A stretch of 64,000 nt of DNA from Vicugna vicugna. Lineage: Eukaryota. Below, one piece after another: positions 25,573 through 38,869 of this stretch. Made by a program: the position numbers and the translations under genes. Each line of letters begins with the position of its first letter. The first letter of the stretch is position 1. The notes below the pieces were generated by a model. That model was not told the DNA's origin. It worked only from the letters and a program-made list of their open reading frames with translations, and made no database searches. The stretch covers positions 62,001-126,000 of the forward strand of contig MU057781.1 of NCBI GenBank assembly GCA_013265495.1. The letters run 5' to 3'.

Positions 25573-25708
25573 GGGAGGCACAGCTCAGGGATAGTGCGGA
25601 TGCTTCACATGCACAGGGGCCCGGGTTCAATCCCCAGTGCCTCCATTAAAACAAATAAAACCAAAAATAATTAAATAAATAAAATGGGTAAAAATTTCAA
25701 AAAAAAAA
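25573..25708 (+). mobile_element. vic-1-like tRNA-derived SINE (camelid)
   Basis: ggga...agctcag...tgcttcacatgcac...gggttcaatccccagtgcctccatt followed by an A-rich tail. The A box is degenerate and the B box reads GGTTCAATCCC. Confidence 0.85.
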
Positions 25709-27104
25709 GGAAAAGTCAACTGACCGCAGTAAAAAATAAATAAATAAAATCAACTTGTTTAAAAAAAAACACTGCGCAGGGATGAAGCCCAGCACCATCT
25801 CCAGTAGAGACGTGGAGAGGAGCTGTGCACCCGCTCGCACACACACACGCACACACCACACACCCCCCCACACCCCACACGCAGCAACAGGTGCATTGTC
25901 ACTGGAAGCTGCACCTACAGGCATGTTCGTGCTGCGCAGGAGCAAATTCCCTCAGGTGTATAATTTATTTCAATTAATTACTAGAAATTATTACATATTG
26001 GATAACAAATTACACCTGTGAGTTCTTATTATTCCGCATTTTGAGACACGTGCACACAGACCGGTGCGGCGACCAGACACGGCCTGTTTACCCTCTTGTC
26101 CCCGCAGGAGCCCCTTCCTTAAATGACCTCGCACACCTGCAGCCCCCATCCCGGGTGAGCCCCCGGCGCGCGGGAAGAAGATAAGGTTTCTGTGGCAGAG
26201 GAGTTTCTCACTTGATGAGAAGGACAAGATAGGAGAAAAATGATGAAAAGATCCCCACGGACAAGGACACATCACAGAGGAGAGTTTAGGGCAGATCTCC
26301 CTGACTTCTCTCCCCGCATCGTCCACCCTGGATGGACCCACAGGTCTGGGCCATTTACTGTTTTCCAAATGGTTCTCAGATCCACTCCTGAAAGCTGCCT
26401 CCCCCCACCCTCGCCGGCACCGTCACTGTCACCTGGCCCTCTGCCTCGGCCTGAGCCACACGCCCACACACTCACACACACCCCCAGCACACAACCGCAC
26501 ATGCATTTGCACACACTCAGACCTGTGTGAGTTACTGAGCAAACCAGAGGAGACGTGATGGATTCTGGACAGACATGCTGAGTTCTCTGATCCCCATAAT
26601 CTTTAAAACGAGTAAGAAAGATAAAGACGCTCCCTTGTCCTGGCTCCCACGTGAGGAGACGCATCTGAAGAGTGTGAGGCCTCCCACCTGAAGGGCTACT
26701 GAAGCAAAGGCTGCGGAGACAGTCCCACGGCTGGGAGCGCCTGAATCCAGCTGTTCCTGAAGGCATCCGCACGGCAGAAGGAACCACGCCCTGAGTGCCC
26801 TGGGGTGCCTGCTTCCCCCGGAGCCCCGTGGGGCCACATTTCATGTGCACCCTCCTTCCTGAGACAGGGCACATTCCAGAATGGCTGCAGGAGGGGGTGG
26901 GCGGGGGTGTTTAGAGCCCGGGGACAGCTGGCTGCCCAGAGCTTCCCAGAGCTTCCCAGAGTCGATCCCCTCCACCAGGCGGTGCCTCCGGCCCGCAGGC
27001 ACAGAGCCGGCAGTGGCAGGAAGGAGGCGGGCTCCACGCCTCCCCGCAGAGCTGCCCCGGGTGGGGGGGCGAAATGGGGCCGGGTGTGAAGTTGTTTTGC
27101 TGCA

Positions 27105-27955
27105 ACAGCTTTATTGAGCTGAAATTCACAGGCCATACGATTCACCCACTTAAAGTGTCCGAAAGGATGGTTTTTAACTAGATGCACAGAGCTGTGCAGC
27201 AGTCACCACAACCAATCGTAGAATATTTCATCACCCCAAAAAGAAACCCCAAACCACCAGCCATCAACTCCTTTCTCCACCAGGGCCTCCTGCTCCCGCC
27301 CTCACCCTAAGCAGCCACTTGTCTGCGTCCTGTCGCTGTGGATTTGCACGTTCTGGACGCTTCATAGAAATGGAATCATAGAAATACACGGTTCCGTGAC
27401 CGGCTTCCTTCACGGACGCGATGTTCTCAAAGCTCATCCGCGTCTCAGCGCCTGTCCGGGTTCTGTCCTTTCACTGCTAATACTCCGTCGTTGGAGAGGC
27501 TGCACCTAATTTCCCTGCTCCTCAGCCGCTGAGCATCTGGGCAGCTTCTCGTTGGGGCCGTTGTGAATAACGCCGCCGTGAACAACTGTGGACACGTTTT
27601 TGCGTGGACATGTGTTTTCATCTCTCGTGAGTGCACGCCTGGGGCGGACTTGCTGAGTCTCACGGTCATTCTACGTCTGCGCGCTCGAGGAACCGCGAGC
27701 CTGTTTCCCAGCGCAGCCGCACCACTTGGCATTCCCACCAGCGGTGTACGAGGCGTCCAATTCCTCCCCGTTTCCACCAGCGCCTGCCACTGTGCCTCCT
27801 CTTATTTCAGCCGTGCCGTCAGCACGCAGTGGATTCATCGCGGTTTTGATTTGTGCTCCTTGATGACTAATGCGGCCGAGTGCCTGCCACGTGTTTGCTG
27901 GCCATTTGCTTCTCTTCTTTGGAGAATGTCTATCGGGTCCTTTATTTATTAACTG
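27105..27955 (-). mobile_element. L1M (L1MB-like) 3' end, GC-shifted
   Basis: acagctttattgag...attcacccacttaaagtgt...catcaccccaaaaagaaacccc...aaatggaatcata. ORF 27445-27777 shows L1 ORF2 C-terminal traces (MKTHVHAKTCPQLFTAALF). Confidence 0.85.
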
Positions 27956-30900
27956 GGTTATGCATACACCCCTTTACAAGTCCAAGTGAACCTGTAAGGG
28001 ACGTCGTAATCCTACAACACGTGGGAAGTGACAACAGCACACACATAATGAATGCAGATCGGATGGTTTGGGTGCAAGCGCACGCTCCTCTCTGTTAGAC
28101 TGCGGACCTCTTATCAAAGGCTGCACATCCTCTCCAGGAACAGGGCGCAGCCTCCATGACCACAAAACTATAACCAAAGGACGCCCGACTGGCCACTGGT
28201 GTCCCTGCCACCTGCCCCAGCCGCTGTCCTTCACGTGCCCTCCACCCGCACACCGTGCGTCCTCGCTCTGCTCGTGTCCCCTCAGACGCTGCCTTGAGAA
28301 GGACTACGACAAACATGACAGCTTGTCTGATGGACCTGTCGGGACATGTGGGCACAGCTGGGGTCTGCTCAGTGGGAGGTGGTTACTGAACGCACAGGCG
28401 GGAGTGTCGCGTAGATGTCAGGACACACACGCCAGGAACTGCGGAGCGGCAGAGGCAGAGACTGGGGGCAACGCCACAGAGCCGACAGCTGAGCCAGGAG
28501 ACGGGGCGGCTTATGGGAGGTTGCGCCTGTCAGCTCGGGCGGCTGTGCACACTGAGGCAGAAGGGACAAGGACTGAGACCAGGCTGGCTCCGTATTTGGA
28601 CAGTGGGGGGTGACAGGGCCGTCTGCACAGGTTTCCTCCAGCGGCCGGTGGTCCACAGCAGTGAGGAAGGAAAAGGGACCGGCAGGGGCTGAAGCCGCAC
28701 GCAGCCCGCAAGCACTGTCTGCACCGCGAGCAAACACTGGCGAGGCTTCCGGAGTCCACGTGGGGCAGAGGGGTTTCGGGGAGCTTTCATTTCTCAGTTA
28801 GGCTCTCGGTTTTTCCCAAGTGAGCGTTTATCGCCTTAACAATTAGGGGGAATTGCTGAGCGATAGAAGGAAACGGTAAACAGCAGCCGGAAAAGACGGC
28901 CTTGGCTCAGCAGCAGCTGGACCCCAGGCGGCGTCACCAGAACTTTGTCACTGCCACAAAAGGGCGAATGACCCTAGGTGTCCCCAGAGCTGTTCCGGTC
29001 CTGTGGACGTGTTTCCTGCTGTCACTGAAATCAGAGCTGGGTTGCAGTGTGAGCTGGGGGGAGGCAAAGGGGAGGGTGAGCTGCAGGTACAACCGGTGAA
29101 ACATGGGGGCCCCCTCGGGGACCAACAGGAAGTACCGGAGATGTCTGCTGCTGGGGAGCTGCTCCCCACGCCGCAGAAACAGTGTGTGTGGGGGAGGGGG
29201 CGGGTAAGACAGACAGACAGACGGCGTGTGCCGGCGTGCGCGTGTGTGAGGGAGAGTGAGACCCCCAGAACTTGCTCTCAGACTCAGACACTAAGAGCCT
29301 TTTGACCATAAACTGTCATCAGTCCCCAGTCATCACTTCAACTCACCCCAAAGTGCTCCGTACAACTGGGGACAGAGGAGAGGATTTGGACCCATCCACC
29401 TGCAAGCATGGACCCCACACCAGTTTGCTTAGGAAACTGTCTCTGGGGCTCAGCGCAGATGGATGAGAGAGGCTGCCCACGAGAGACAGGGGCACAAGGA
29501 AGGGGACAAGGGACCGCCCAAGACTGCAGCAGCGCCAGGGAGATCCCTATGTGTCCTGCCGGTGCTGACAGCCGACCTGACCAGAGTGGAGAGAGGAGAG
29601 CATCCTGGGGCCTGTGGGCAGGGCTGTGTTGGGGCTGGACCATTTTGTCAGCTCATTTCTAGACAATTAGGAATTACCTCTCTGTCCTGAAGCGATGGGC
29701 TCCCCTTTGCCGCACCTTCCCGGGATCCAGAACCCCCTGGCTCTGAGCCTCTGTCCGCCCAGCCCTCCCTCCACCCCTCACAGTGGGACCAGTGGGACGT
29801 GGACACTTGGCCTGGCGGGTCCGGGCTCCTCCTCAGCCCACCCTTGAGTGCGCAGTGACAGGTGATGTGGGGCGACTTCCCAGCTCCACTCAAAGTGAGC
29901 CCCAGGCGTGGACGACACAGGACCGTCTGTGTGCACCGTGGTCCTTCTCCGGCTCTGTGCCTGTATCGCTCTCTGATGTTGCACGGCCCAGGGCACTGCT
30001 GCTTTCCCCTGGGAGAAAGCAAATGAGCTGCGGCCGATGACACTTTCTGTGGCGAGAGGAGGACTCACCAGCGCCCACACTCCCCCGAGTATAAGGCTGC
30101 GCAGCTGTGCACGGGGACCTGGAGCTGAGAGGAAACGCAGTAACGCCTCTCGGAGGAAATGTGCTGTTACTGCTCCTCCCTTCAGTCCATCGGGCTGTAC
30201 TTACACGGTCACAACAGGAAAAGGCCGTGCTCGCTACCTGCTGCATAAACAGGGAGGGGGCTCTTGTATGACGGGCTGTGATCGTAACAAGTCAGCCTAC
30301 TTGACCGACAGAAGTCCCTGCATCTGCTCTGGCTGCCGAGTCTCCCGTCCGGGAAATACTCTCGGAGCTGTTCTGAGTGCTGATCGGGGAGGAAACAGCA
30401 GTGCGGTCCCTGCCCCGTGGACGCTCAGCGTGGACAGGCCAAGTGTAAACGTTTGAACAGTTCACTGTCAGTTGAGTGACAGGTGAGACCAGGCACAGGA
30501 TAGGAGTTTGAAGGCTGAAATGGTTTTGATTGACAGAAGGGGTCAAGGCAGGCACCATGGACGAGGTCAGCTCACAACTGGGCTTCCAGGAAGGGGCTGG
30601 GATGTGAACACAAGGAGAGGAAAGGCCACGGGAGCGGGGGGCAGGGGGAGAGCAGCTGTTAGCACGTGGGTGGTGGCTCTGACGCCGTGTCCCTGCTGCT
30701 GTCTGAGGGTCCTCCCAGGAGCATCCTTCCTCTCTTCCTTTCCTCATGAAGGTAGTCCTGCAGCCTGTCCCCGGGTGGGCTTAACGCATGCTGAGACAAG
30801 GGATTGGGGAGCCTGGGACCCCGGCACCAAGCAAGGCTCCATGTCCCCATCATTTCCCCCGAATGGAAAGATGGCCTGTGCACGTGAGTTTGCAAAGTCT

Positions 30901-32964
30901 CATCCCAAGAACCCTGGGAGCCCAGGAGACACACGGCTGGTGAGCTGGATCCTGGACGCCGTTCATCACACAGGTCTGAGCACAGCCGTTCTTACATCAG
31001 ATCAGGGAATGGGAGGCGGACGTGACAGCCGGCGCTGGCCCGGGTCTGCTCCAGTGCAGCGCCCTCCCCCTCTCCTTCCTGCAGTAGCTGACGGGCGCAG
31101 CTGCCTGCTGACTTTTTAAGGCAGTGAGGAGCTCGCATGCTGCTGGATGAGGAAGCTCACCCTCTAACCCTCGGCGTTGATAAGACTGAGACCACAGATA
31201 GGACATTCCAACAGCCCCTCCTTAGCGAAAGGAAGCACCCACTGCCTTCTCGCACGACCCAGCGTCACAGACAGCGTGGCCCTTTGACCCTGCACTGGTG
31301 TCCTTGCCGTCTCCTACCTAGAGGACCGGCCGCCTTAAGGATGCTTGTTCAAGCAGCTCCACGTGGTCCCCAGAAGTTTACCCACTGAGAGCAACATGCC
31401 AGCTCCCTCACCGACACAGGCCATTGAGCACGCGCAGACCTGCACGCTCCCACACAGGTATGGTCCTGTGTGCGGCCTTGGTCCTGTTCACACACCAAAG
31501 GTCTGTCAGAGAGTTACAACCAGAGCAGCTGGGCCTGAAGTTCCTCCCAGGGGCTCCCGCGACCGGCTTTCCCCAGCGAGTGCACATCCAGGCACCTCAT
31601 CCACCCCCCCCCCCAACCAGGTGCCACTCCTGCTGCCTCTGGCCACAGACGGGCACCGTTTCCAACAGGGCTGTCATCACAGATGAGGCGAGCCGGCGGC
31701 CCAGGAAGGAGCGGCCACTCTAGTTACAGCGAGCGCGGGCAGACAGTGTGCCGGCTCGTGGCCGCAGCCACGGGACCTCAGGCAGCACCCAAGCCCCTTT
31801 GAGGATGTTCCCTGAGAGCGACAGCCCCTTCCTCTGTCTGCAGGCCCGTTTGCTCACAGTCCTTCCCGGTCTCTTCTTAAAATGCCACCCCCAAGAAGAG
31901 CCGAGGCCCAGCCCAGGGATCATACCGCAGGCCCCCGTGTGTGAGTGCGGCCTGGCAGTCCCCTCTGCCTGGACGGGCCCCAGGGCTGAACGTAGTCAGC
32001 GTCGCTACGGCGCCAGTAGCCTGACCGGAGTCCTGGTCAGCAGGTCACGGATCCGAGCACAGTGGCTCTGCTGCTGATTGTGAACTGGGGAAGGGGGAGG
32101 GGCGGGGGAGACGGCGATGGGGGAGAGTGGGAGGAGGGCCTGCCGGTGGTGCTTACGAAAGACAAGCACGGCCCTCGGGAAGGCGGGCTGAGCTCTGGGC
32201 TGGCTCTTACCTTCCCGGCTTTGGCACTCAGGTGAGGAGGCCCTCACCCACCTCCCACTCTGTCTCCCAGCTTAAGGAATGGGACGAGCTGTGTGGGGGC
32301 CAAGAGCCTTTTCAGGGTGAAAGCTTGAAGTCCCTCAGCAAATGGCCTGGTTTCCTGCCGAGCCTCCGGACCGGACGTCCCGGTCAGCACGAGGTGAAGA
32401 GTGGCCTCGGGAGCCGGGCTCCACGGCCCAAGCACCCGGCAGGCCCCGGCGTGTGGACAGCTGCCCCTTTCCTCCCCTGCGCGTGAGGACTGAGCCGGGC
32501 TGGGGCGCAGCGTGCGCGTGCTCAGGCGGGCCCGTCACCCCCCCGCCCCCAGGCAGAGCGCAGGGGCGGACGCCTTCCTTCAGCCGAGTCGCGGGGAGAC
32601 GGCTCTGCCCCCGGCACTGCCCCTGGCAGTGGCTCGTGACGAATACGGCTCAGGAGGCCCTGGTCCGCCGGGCCCAGCGCCGGGCTTGGGAGGCGGCGGG
32701 CGGCAGAGACACATCAGGATAGCCCCGGACGGGGGAAGCGCTGCAAAGTGAGCGACAGGGGAGGGGAAGGGGCTTCAGCACAGGACGGAGGGCCGGGGCC
32801 CCTCCCAGCTGGGCCTGGGTGACGGGGGGAGCCTCCAAGGCGGGGCAACGGCCGGCGCGGAGGCCCTGAGGCTCCAGACGGGACGTGTTGGAGGGACCGG
32901 CGGCAGGCGGCTGAGGCGGGTGGGAAGACGGAGAGCGGGACGGGCGCCAGAGCGTCAGCCGGGT

Positions 32965-33580
32965 CACAGACGCTGGGCTTGGGAGACGCTGGGGAGAAGG
33001 TTAGGGTTTGCTCGAAGCTCCGTGGAAGACAGTCACTGAGGGCTTTCAGCAGGGGAAGGCTTGGTCTGAGGTACGTCTTTGAGACGTGAACTCTGGCTCC
33101 TGTGTGGGCAAGTGGCTGGTAAGGGTGACGGGAAGCAGAGAGATGACGGGCAGCGGCTCCAGGCAAAAGGTCCAAAGATCACGTTGGTTTGGAGCAGGAA
33201 GCCAGGCGTGGACCTACACTGGAAGGAGGGACGGCAGTGCTGACGGACTGGATGTGAGGGGTCAGGCAAAGAAGGAACCAAGGATGACGCCTGGGTGCTG
33301 GGCTCAAACAGCTGGACAGACGGGGTGCAGTTTACGAATTGGGGGAACTCAGAAAGAAGGGGCTCGCTCGCCCAGAAGGCTGCAGGACGAGCCGGCTCCC
33401 TGGCTCCGTCCTGTGTTCTGAGCAGGACCGCGGTGGGAAATCAATACTGCCTTGACGGAAAAGCACGGTTTGAGATGCCATCCGGAAGTGCAGGCGTCCA
33501 GTGGGAAACTGGTCTCCCAAGCTGGAGCCCGAGGGAGAAACGGGAGCCGAGGTAAAGCTGGGGTGAGCTGTTATCTAGGG
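32965..33580 (-). mobile_element. L2 LINE fragment
   Basis: Purine-rich antisense L2 motifs: cactgagggctttcagcagggga, tgctgacggactggatgtgagggg, caaggatgacgcc, tttgagatgcc. Confidence 0.65.
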
Positions 33581-33799
33581 TAAGAGTGCCCGGGACACTG
33601 GGGGGAGAGGGTCCCGCACAGCCCGGGCTGCAGAGACCTGTGCCAGGACCCCCTCTGCCCCGCATCCCAAACCTGGGAGGAACACCACGGAGGGGAAAGT
33701 GCCCCCAAAGGAAGGAGGGACAACTGCGCGGCCGCGTCAGGGACCAGCCCAGATGCAGCCCTGCCAGCAGCAGAGCGGACGGCGTGCCAACCCACACAT

Positions 33800-34203
33800 G
33801 CTACACCGAAGTGAAGTGAACGTGGCCACATCACCACGTCAGCGCGGACGATCAGGAAAGAAACCCATCATTTTGAGCAGAAAAGGCCATCACAGGAGAA
33901 TGTGTGAGTCATGACTACACTTACGTAAAATTCAAAGAGCACCTAAATTCTGAAGTATATGCTTTGGGAATAATGCTTGTATGTAAACATATTTCTTAAA
34001 ACAAACAAACAGCATAGGAATGGTTGGCACACGTGCAGGAGAGTAATTGTTCCTGAAGGGACTGGGGGGACAGAAACACCTAATTGCTTGGGCTCAGAGG
34101 GAGAGAGGTACGTGGGGGGTCTATAGTGTCCACGTCCCTTATACCCACACGAAAATACACGCGCTTCTGTGTGCAAGGTGGATCGCCAATTTTGCTTTTG
34201 AAA
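33800..34203 (+). mobile_element. Old L1M (ME/MC) 3' fragment
   Basis: ttgagcagaaaaggcca...atgactacacttacgtaaaattcaaa resembles L1ME 3' UTR motifs. Confidence 0.5.
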
Positions 34204-36119
34204 GAACGAGTGAACTGGAGGTGACAATGCAGATGGGAAGGCGGCAGGAGCAGAGCAGACAGGCTGCAGGAGGGCTCTTCCACGTGGACTAATCTGGAAC
34301 ACGCTTCCCTGCTGATGGGGCAGTGGGGGCTCCGCTTAGAAAATTCTGCACCTGGCACGGCCCAAATGTCACGACACCTGCTTGCCTGTTTGTGTCTTGC
34401 ACCCTTAACACGCATTCACCTGTGGACGACAAGCTGTACAGGGTCCTTTTTTGTTTGCTTAAATCCAAGTAAGTTCCCTGCTAACAGCAGCTCAGTGTCT
34501 CCATTAGAAACACACGCGTCCCCTCACAGAAGCCAGCGGCGTTGCGGGCCCTCTGGGGTGTAAGTAATTACATTGCGGCAAGATTTTTGTTGCTACAAAT
34601 CTCTAAAATGTTAATATGTATTATAACATTTTTGATGATGGTGGAGGAGGAAACAATTCCTGGATAAAAAGAGAGAAGGCTGCGCGCCCGGCGGTGGCGG
34701 AGCCGTGCCAGCACCGGCGGCCCCAGGGCGGCGCCGAGGCCCCGGCTTGGCGACTTCCCTGACTTGCGATGCAGCGTGGCTGGTAGGCTCCGACAGCAGG
34801 AAGAACAGCCACTTCCCAGCTGTCCTGTGGCAGGACACGGAGCTAAATGTAGCCATTGAATGGTTCTGGGAGCACAAGGACAGGCGGTAAATGGCTCCGA
34901 GGCCGACGGCACTCCTTAGTCGCCGTGCTCCAGAGCCCCTGGCTCTACCGGAGACCCTCGCCATCACTCATGTCTCACCTTTTTCACTTGAATGCTTACG
35001 AAACAGTGGGTGAAGTTTCAAAAACAGCTACCAGCATCCTTAATAAAAGAATCACTTCACCTGTTTCAGCAAACCGGGGCAGGCACTGGCGCTGCGCGGC
35101 ATTTCCACCCCTGAATGTGGGCGCCCCCCTCGCCCTGCCCCGTGACGCGGAGGGGACGGCCGAGCAGGCGCAGGTCAGGGAGTCCAGCCTGGGGGAGGAC
35201 CAGGAAGGAAGTCCCCTTCGCTCGGGCAAGCCCTTCTGCGACGTCTCCCGTCTCCCCGAAGAACTTCATGTTCTCCTTAAAAACTAAGAAATAGGAGACA
35301 AGGTACGTTTTTTCCCCAAAACATGTTCCTTCTTTAACCTGAAATGCTAAGGCTTGGAGGACCAGCTGAGAACGGGGCAAACTGGTTCGGCTGAGACCTG
35401 CTCAAAGGCAGCAATGCAGAGAGACTTCCAGCCCACCCGCCCCCACTCTCCCTCAGCCCGGCTCCCAGCCCGCGTTCGAGGGTCTTCTGACGGGATCTCT
35501 CCAGGCAAACCCCCTGCTCCGCCTGCCCCTCCTTCTACCTCGCCCCTGACTCAGGAGCGAGCATGAGAGAAACAGCCCTAGAGTCATGTTCCTGGTGGAA
35601 TGGGCTGTGTCCAACCTCCCAACGCGCAGTCCGGAGAAAGGACACTGAAGTCTGGGACATCGCTGGGGAGCGCAGTGCACGGGGTCATCAGTTCAGCCCC
35701 CAACACCGCAGCAGGTGGGGCAGGAGAGGGAGCCACCCCCTGCCCCAGCAGGTGGCTCACAGGCTGGGGAGGGGACGAGCAAGTGAACAGACTGAACACG
35801 AGGCCGGCGGGAGACCCCAGGCCAGCACCAAGGCTTTTGGAAGAGCCACAGGGAGGTGCAACTCGGCTGCACATGTGGCAAGACTTGGAATGAGAAAACC
35901 CAGCTTTTGGTTGAATTTGGAATGGACTGTGAGTTGTTTAAACAGGGTATCTTCCTCAAAATTCTAAATCATGTTAAAGGCATCTAATTCAGGGTAAGCT
36001 GTGACCGATCTTCCTTCCTCCTTGCAGGTCCAGCAGGTGCCAGGTCAGCCCCCCCGGGCAAGCATCTTTACCCAGCAGTCCCGGCTGGCGCCGTTTAGAC
36101 GCAGCTGTAGAGCGTGAAC

Positions 36120-36327
36120 CAGGGCTTCTCGCAGGAGGCACTGCCACCATCCGGGGCCAGACGGCCCTCCGCCACAGGGCTGCCCTCGGCTGGAGGACGT
36201 GTGGCAGAAGGCCTGGTCTCTATGGCCCAGACCCCAGGAGCAACCCCCGGGCTGCAGAGACCAAAACTGTCCCTGGCCATCGGCGAGTGTCTCCTGGGGG
36301 CAGAACTGCCCTCAGCTGAGAACCACA
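36120..36327 (-). mobile_element. MER20 hAT-Charlie element, near full length and GC-shifted
   Basis: cagggcttctc...accaaaactgtccctggccatcggcgagtgtctcctgggggcagaactgccctcagctgagaaccac is colinear with reverse-complement MER20. Confidence 0.75.
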
Positions 36328-37624
36328 AAGCTAAGGCGCGTTGGGCGTCCGGCTGCCTGGCTTTGATTACCAAGCCGAGGGTGTGCATGCAAGTCTCACT
36401 TGTCTAAGATGGGAATCACTGCCGTCTGAATGAAAGCAGGGCTGTGTACCTGCAGATACATGAACGCTCACGGGCTTTAATAAAGTCCATCTGGACGTGG
36501 AGCAGACGGCACAGAGGGCTGTTCTTCTGGGCCGGGGGGAGGTGTCTTTTGCTGACCACCCCCGCCCCAGGGACCTGTGTGAAGGGGCTTAGGGACTTGC
36601 TAGCAGAACGCGTGGACCTCCGCTGAGGACGCTCGTCAGGACGGGCAGCGCTTCAGCCTCACCCGATGTCACTTCACGGCACCGACGGTGGTTAAAACAC
36701 AGCTCTGGTAGACGGAGCGTCTGCCCTCGTCTCCTTCAAGCCTCGGTTTTCAGAAAGCATTCGGGGAACTGTGTGCAGGGCTCCACCGTGCGCGCGAGCA
36801 GTCTCTCTCAGATGCCCTCTGTGGCCCTGCCTCCTGGAGATCCACCTCCAGGGGCAGCCGTGGGAGAGCCACGCCCTGCGCTCACGCCCGGGACTGGCCC
36901 AAGAGCTCAGAGGCCGCCCGCCGGGCTGGGGCCATGGTCCGGACCCCCGCCCCTGTTTCAACCCAGTAGTGATCAGGGTTTCCAGAGCAGAGGGGTCAAC
37001 GCCAGCAGGACAAAGGCAGCCTCGGAAGCCAGCTGTCGAGGGCTGCCCCTTGGTCTCCCTGGCCGCCCACGTGGCTGTTACCTACAGGACAGACACTGTG
37101 GGGGCGGCCTTTCTCTAACTGAATGCACATGGTGGCAGATTTGATCATAGAGCCTTAGGAAACACAGACATGGAGCGACGCCTGGTTGTTATGTCACCGT
37201 ATAAATCACGCAAGAGAACGTGCAGAGCGAAGCCGCCCCCGGGAGCACGGGCTTTGGTCTTGGGTTCTTCCTAGGATTAATCTGCTCAGAAAACAGTAAG
37301 TCATCATTAAAAAACACCAATGAACTGACGGATTTTAACCAAAATCTTGACACAGCTGTAAATTATGTTCCACACAAGAGATTATCTATGTGTTTTATTT
37401 ATTTCCCCATCACACCTGAAGTGCATGCTCAGTGACAAACCGAAACAGAAGTAAGATTCTGTTCCTGAGACTACAACAGTCCATTAACCGCCTAATTTAT
37501 CAAGTCAACTTAGAAGTACCGGAGCCGGGGTCCAGCGTCGGGAAGACCACATCAGATTTACTAGACAGGAGCCTAGAAAACCAAGGGCACTCCCACAGCT
37601 GAACTATAACAAAGCCAGGTTGCT

Positions 37625-37648
37625 ACACACACACACACACACACACAC
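37625..37648. repeat. (AC)12 microsatellite followed by a short CT repeat
   Basis: Directly visible in the sequence. Confidence 0.95.
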
Positions 37649-38680
37649 CTCTCTCTCACAGCCTAGCGACGCTCCCTGTCACTGATCCCCCAGCAATTAA
37701 CGTGATACTAGTTTGCAATCCTAGCATTAACTCTAGTAGAGAATGAGCATCACCATTCCACAGAATTCCCATCCAAACCTGATCGTAGCACGAGAAAACC
37801 CAACCCCGGCAACAGCACCAGCTCGCGAGCCTCCAGCCCTCACGAAGCGCCACTCCTGCTCAAGGCTGCTCTTGTCGCTTTGAGGACAGGCCCCAACTGC
37901 ACTCCCTGCTGCGGCCTGGGCACACGGAGTCCTCGTCACAGTTAGCAGACGAGCGCGCACAGGCGAGCACGCGCTCAGCCCGCAGGCTTGCAGCCGACCC
38001 GGGACCAGGGCCCTCATCTCCCTGCAGAGCCCTTCCTCACACGTCTCAGCACAGCACCACGAAGCCTGCCGGCCCTGCGTCCGCCACGAGCGCTCAGAAC
38101 AGCACACCCGCCGCACGTGTGGACCCCGCGCCTCGGTGGCCGCTTCAGTGGGCTTCCGCGCAGGTCCCGCCGTGGGGGAAGGACCCCGCCGTGTGTGCAG
38201 ACGGGGCCCAGCTGGCCGGCCCCGGAGGGACGACTCAGTGAGAGCCCCATGCAAGTCTGAGCTTTGCACGCTGGTGCGTTTCATTAACTCGGAGGCTTAA
38301 CTATTTTCCAGCACCTTCCCTTTGCTTTCTTCCAAGCTCCACATGAGACAATTAGAAATTCCTCAGTCACGCGCATCGCTCCCCGTGAAGTTAGTAAAGA
38401 GACACCCCACATCTTTAAACAGAAACTTTAAACTGTCTGCGTCAGGGCAGGAAGCCCCTGGGCGGACTCATGAGACCTTGCTCGACGGAGCTGAGGTCCG
38501 TTGTGTGCTCTGAAGAGGAGCGAGCCCACGGAATCCCTCCCGAGACACCCCCCACCCCGGTACTCCCAGCACGAGAACCCAGGGAACCGTAAGCCTGGGC
38601 GCCGGCAGGCTCCTGCCTTGCTCACCATGCTGTGGGCTCTGGAACCAGCCCAAGGCTTTGAGAGAGCAGCTCTGTCTTAC

Positions 38681-38869
38681 CGGAGAAGGGTGCAGTCCGC
38701 AGGGGTATTTTGATGGGCGCCAACGTCAGAAAGTGGCAGGGCTGCACGCTGGAGGGGGCCGGGGCCCCCAGCCCCTCCGGGTCCACGGAGATCATGGCGG
38801 CGGCGGCGGCGGCGGCGATGGCAATGGTGGGGCCGCTGCTGACCGGCTTGAGGCTGTTGTGGCAGCCAC
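38681..38869 (-). CDS. TCERG1L: Internal coding exon of transcription elongation regulator 1-like (equivalent to human exon 4); 189 bp, phase 1 at both ends
   Basis: Minus strand shows acceptor ctgtccctcccctgcag|GT and donor CCG|gtaaga. The open frame reads (G)[62 protein letters not shown]. This matches my recollection of human TCERG1[63 protein letters not shown]. No database search was run. Confidence 0.92.

Noticed and set aside
25573..25650. tRNA-like sequence
   Set aside because: No intact cloverleaf and followed by an A-rich tail. It is a SINE, not a tRNA gene.
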